Shown: positions 63,763 through 64,000 of the stretch, in pieces
Layout: each line of letters starts with the position of its first letter
Numbering within the stretch: position 1 is the first letter of the stretch
NCBI GenBank assembly: GCA_963760375.1
Contig: CAVXCS010000003.1
Coordinates: 3,590 to 67,589 of the forward strand
DNA length: 64,000 bases
Reading direction: 5' to 3'
Source: an uncultured Flavobacteriaceae bacterium
GTDB taxonomy: Bacteria > Bacteroidota > Bacteroidia > Flavobacteriales > Flavobacteriaceae
The notes under the pieces: generated by a model
What the model saw: only the letters and a program-made list of their open reading frames with translations
Told to the model about the DNA's origin: nothing
Database searches by the model: none
Program-made: the position numbers and the translations under genes

Positions 63763-64000
63763 TTATCGCGCTTTCATTTTCTCCAAAACGCTGTTCGCAA
63801 TGCCAAATATCTCTTGTTTGACCGAATGGAAACGCAATTTGAAGGTAGCCATTTTTTTTTGAAGATTTTTGTGCGTGCTGTCCAGTTCGGGCGATACCGA
63901 ATCTTTGGATCGATCCATGAAACGCGTAAGTTGGTCGCGATACTGGCTCACTTCCTTCAACAGTGATTTATTGGCATGGACCAGGTCTTGCAACTGCATC
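63763..64000 (-). CDS. hypothetical helical protein, probable paralog family member 4 (5' end outside window)
   Basis: The ORF is open to the window edge. Its C-terminal helical region resembles the C-termini of the three paralogs above. Confidence 0.4.
   Translation of the reverse strand, partial: MQLQDLVHANKSLLKEVSQYRDQLTRFMDRSKDSVSPELDSTHKNLQKKMATFKLRFHSVKQEIFGIANSVLEKMKAR

Noticed and set aside
1-64000. The bare pattern TGA-N6-TCA as evidence for a regulon.
   Set aside because: Six fixed bases are expected about 15 times in 64 kb by chance, so the bare pattern is not informative. I rely instead on the extended core TGAY-N4-RTCA, the restriction to intergenic DNA and the fixed 29.5-bp phasing to -7 boxes. 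I did not scan coding regions exhaustively by eye, so the intergenic enrichment still needs a computed test.
1-64000. A search for CRISPR arrays, tRNA or rRNA genes, IS elements, integrases, phage or defence-system genes.
   Set aside because: I noticed no regularly spaced direct repeats, cloverleaf-like sequences, or transposase, integrase or nuclease-helicase signatures. The window looks like core or accessory chromosome rather than a mobile element. A covariance-model and HMM scan would be needed for certainty.

Overview
This 64-kb chromosomal segment reads as Bacteroidota, probably Flavobacteriia. The taxon call rests on TAnnTTTG-type -7 promoter boxes and typical flavobacterial gene families. 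I call about 67 protein genes. By eye I saw no rRNA, tRNA, CRISPR array, transposase or integrase. All protein calls come from motifs recognised by reading the translations; no database search was possible.

Gene content is dominated by stress, low-oxygen and sulfur functions:
- Two paralogous sensor kinase / response regulator pairs. The regulators are REC + cNMP-binding + Crp/Fnr-HTH fusions. One kinase carries a canonical LOV blue-light domain plus GAF; the other carries a FixL-like PAS.
- Five tandem-domain universal stress proteins, Hsp20, HPF, two P-type cation ATPases, PfkB, a ROK glucokinase, an M50 protease with CBS domains, a class II (B12) ribonucleotide reductase, deoC/deoD and cbpA/cbpM.
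- A sulfide-oxidation cluster: type II SQR, an MBL-rhodanese persulfide-dioxygenase-like fusion, a rhodanese, TauE, a TsdA-like dihaem cytochrome with an OprD-like porin, and a TolC/MFP/RND efflux operon.

Main result of the hunt: two families of 14-bp Crp/Fnr-geometry palindromes sit in the intergenic regions.
- Motif B is aTGAY-N4-RTCAt (15 sites). It marks a regulon whose gene content resembles the mycobacterial DosR dormancy regulon.
- Motif A is GTAAC-N4-GTTAC (5 perfect sites plus 3 one-mismatch sites). It marks the sulfur/efflux block next to a stand-alone Crp/Fnr regulator that has a Cys-X5-Cys-Cys motif.
- In most sites of both families the palindrome centre lies exactly 29.5 bp from the first T of a TAnnTTTG-like -7 box. 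That is a class-II-activator-like position.

Two adjacent genes (an MFS transporter and upp) carry three frameshifts between them.
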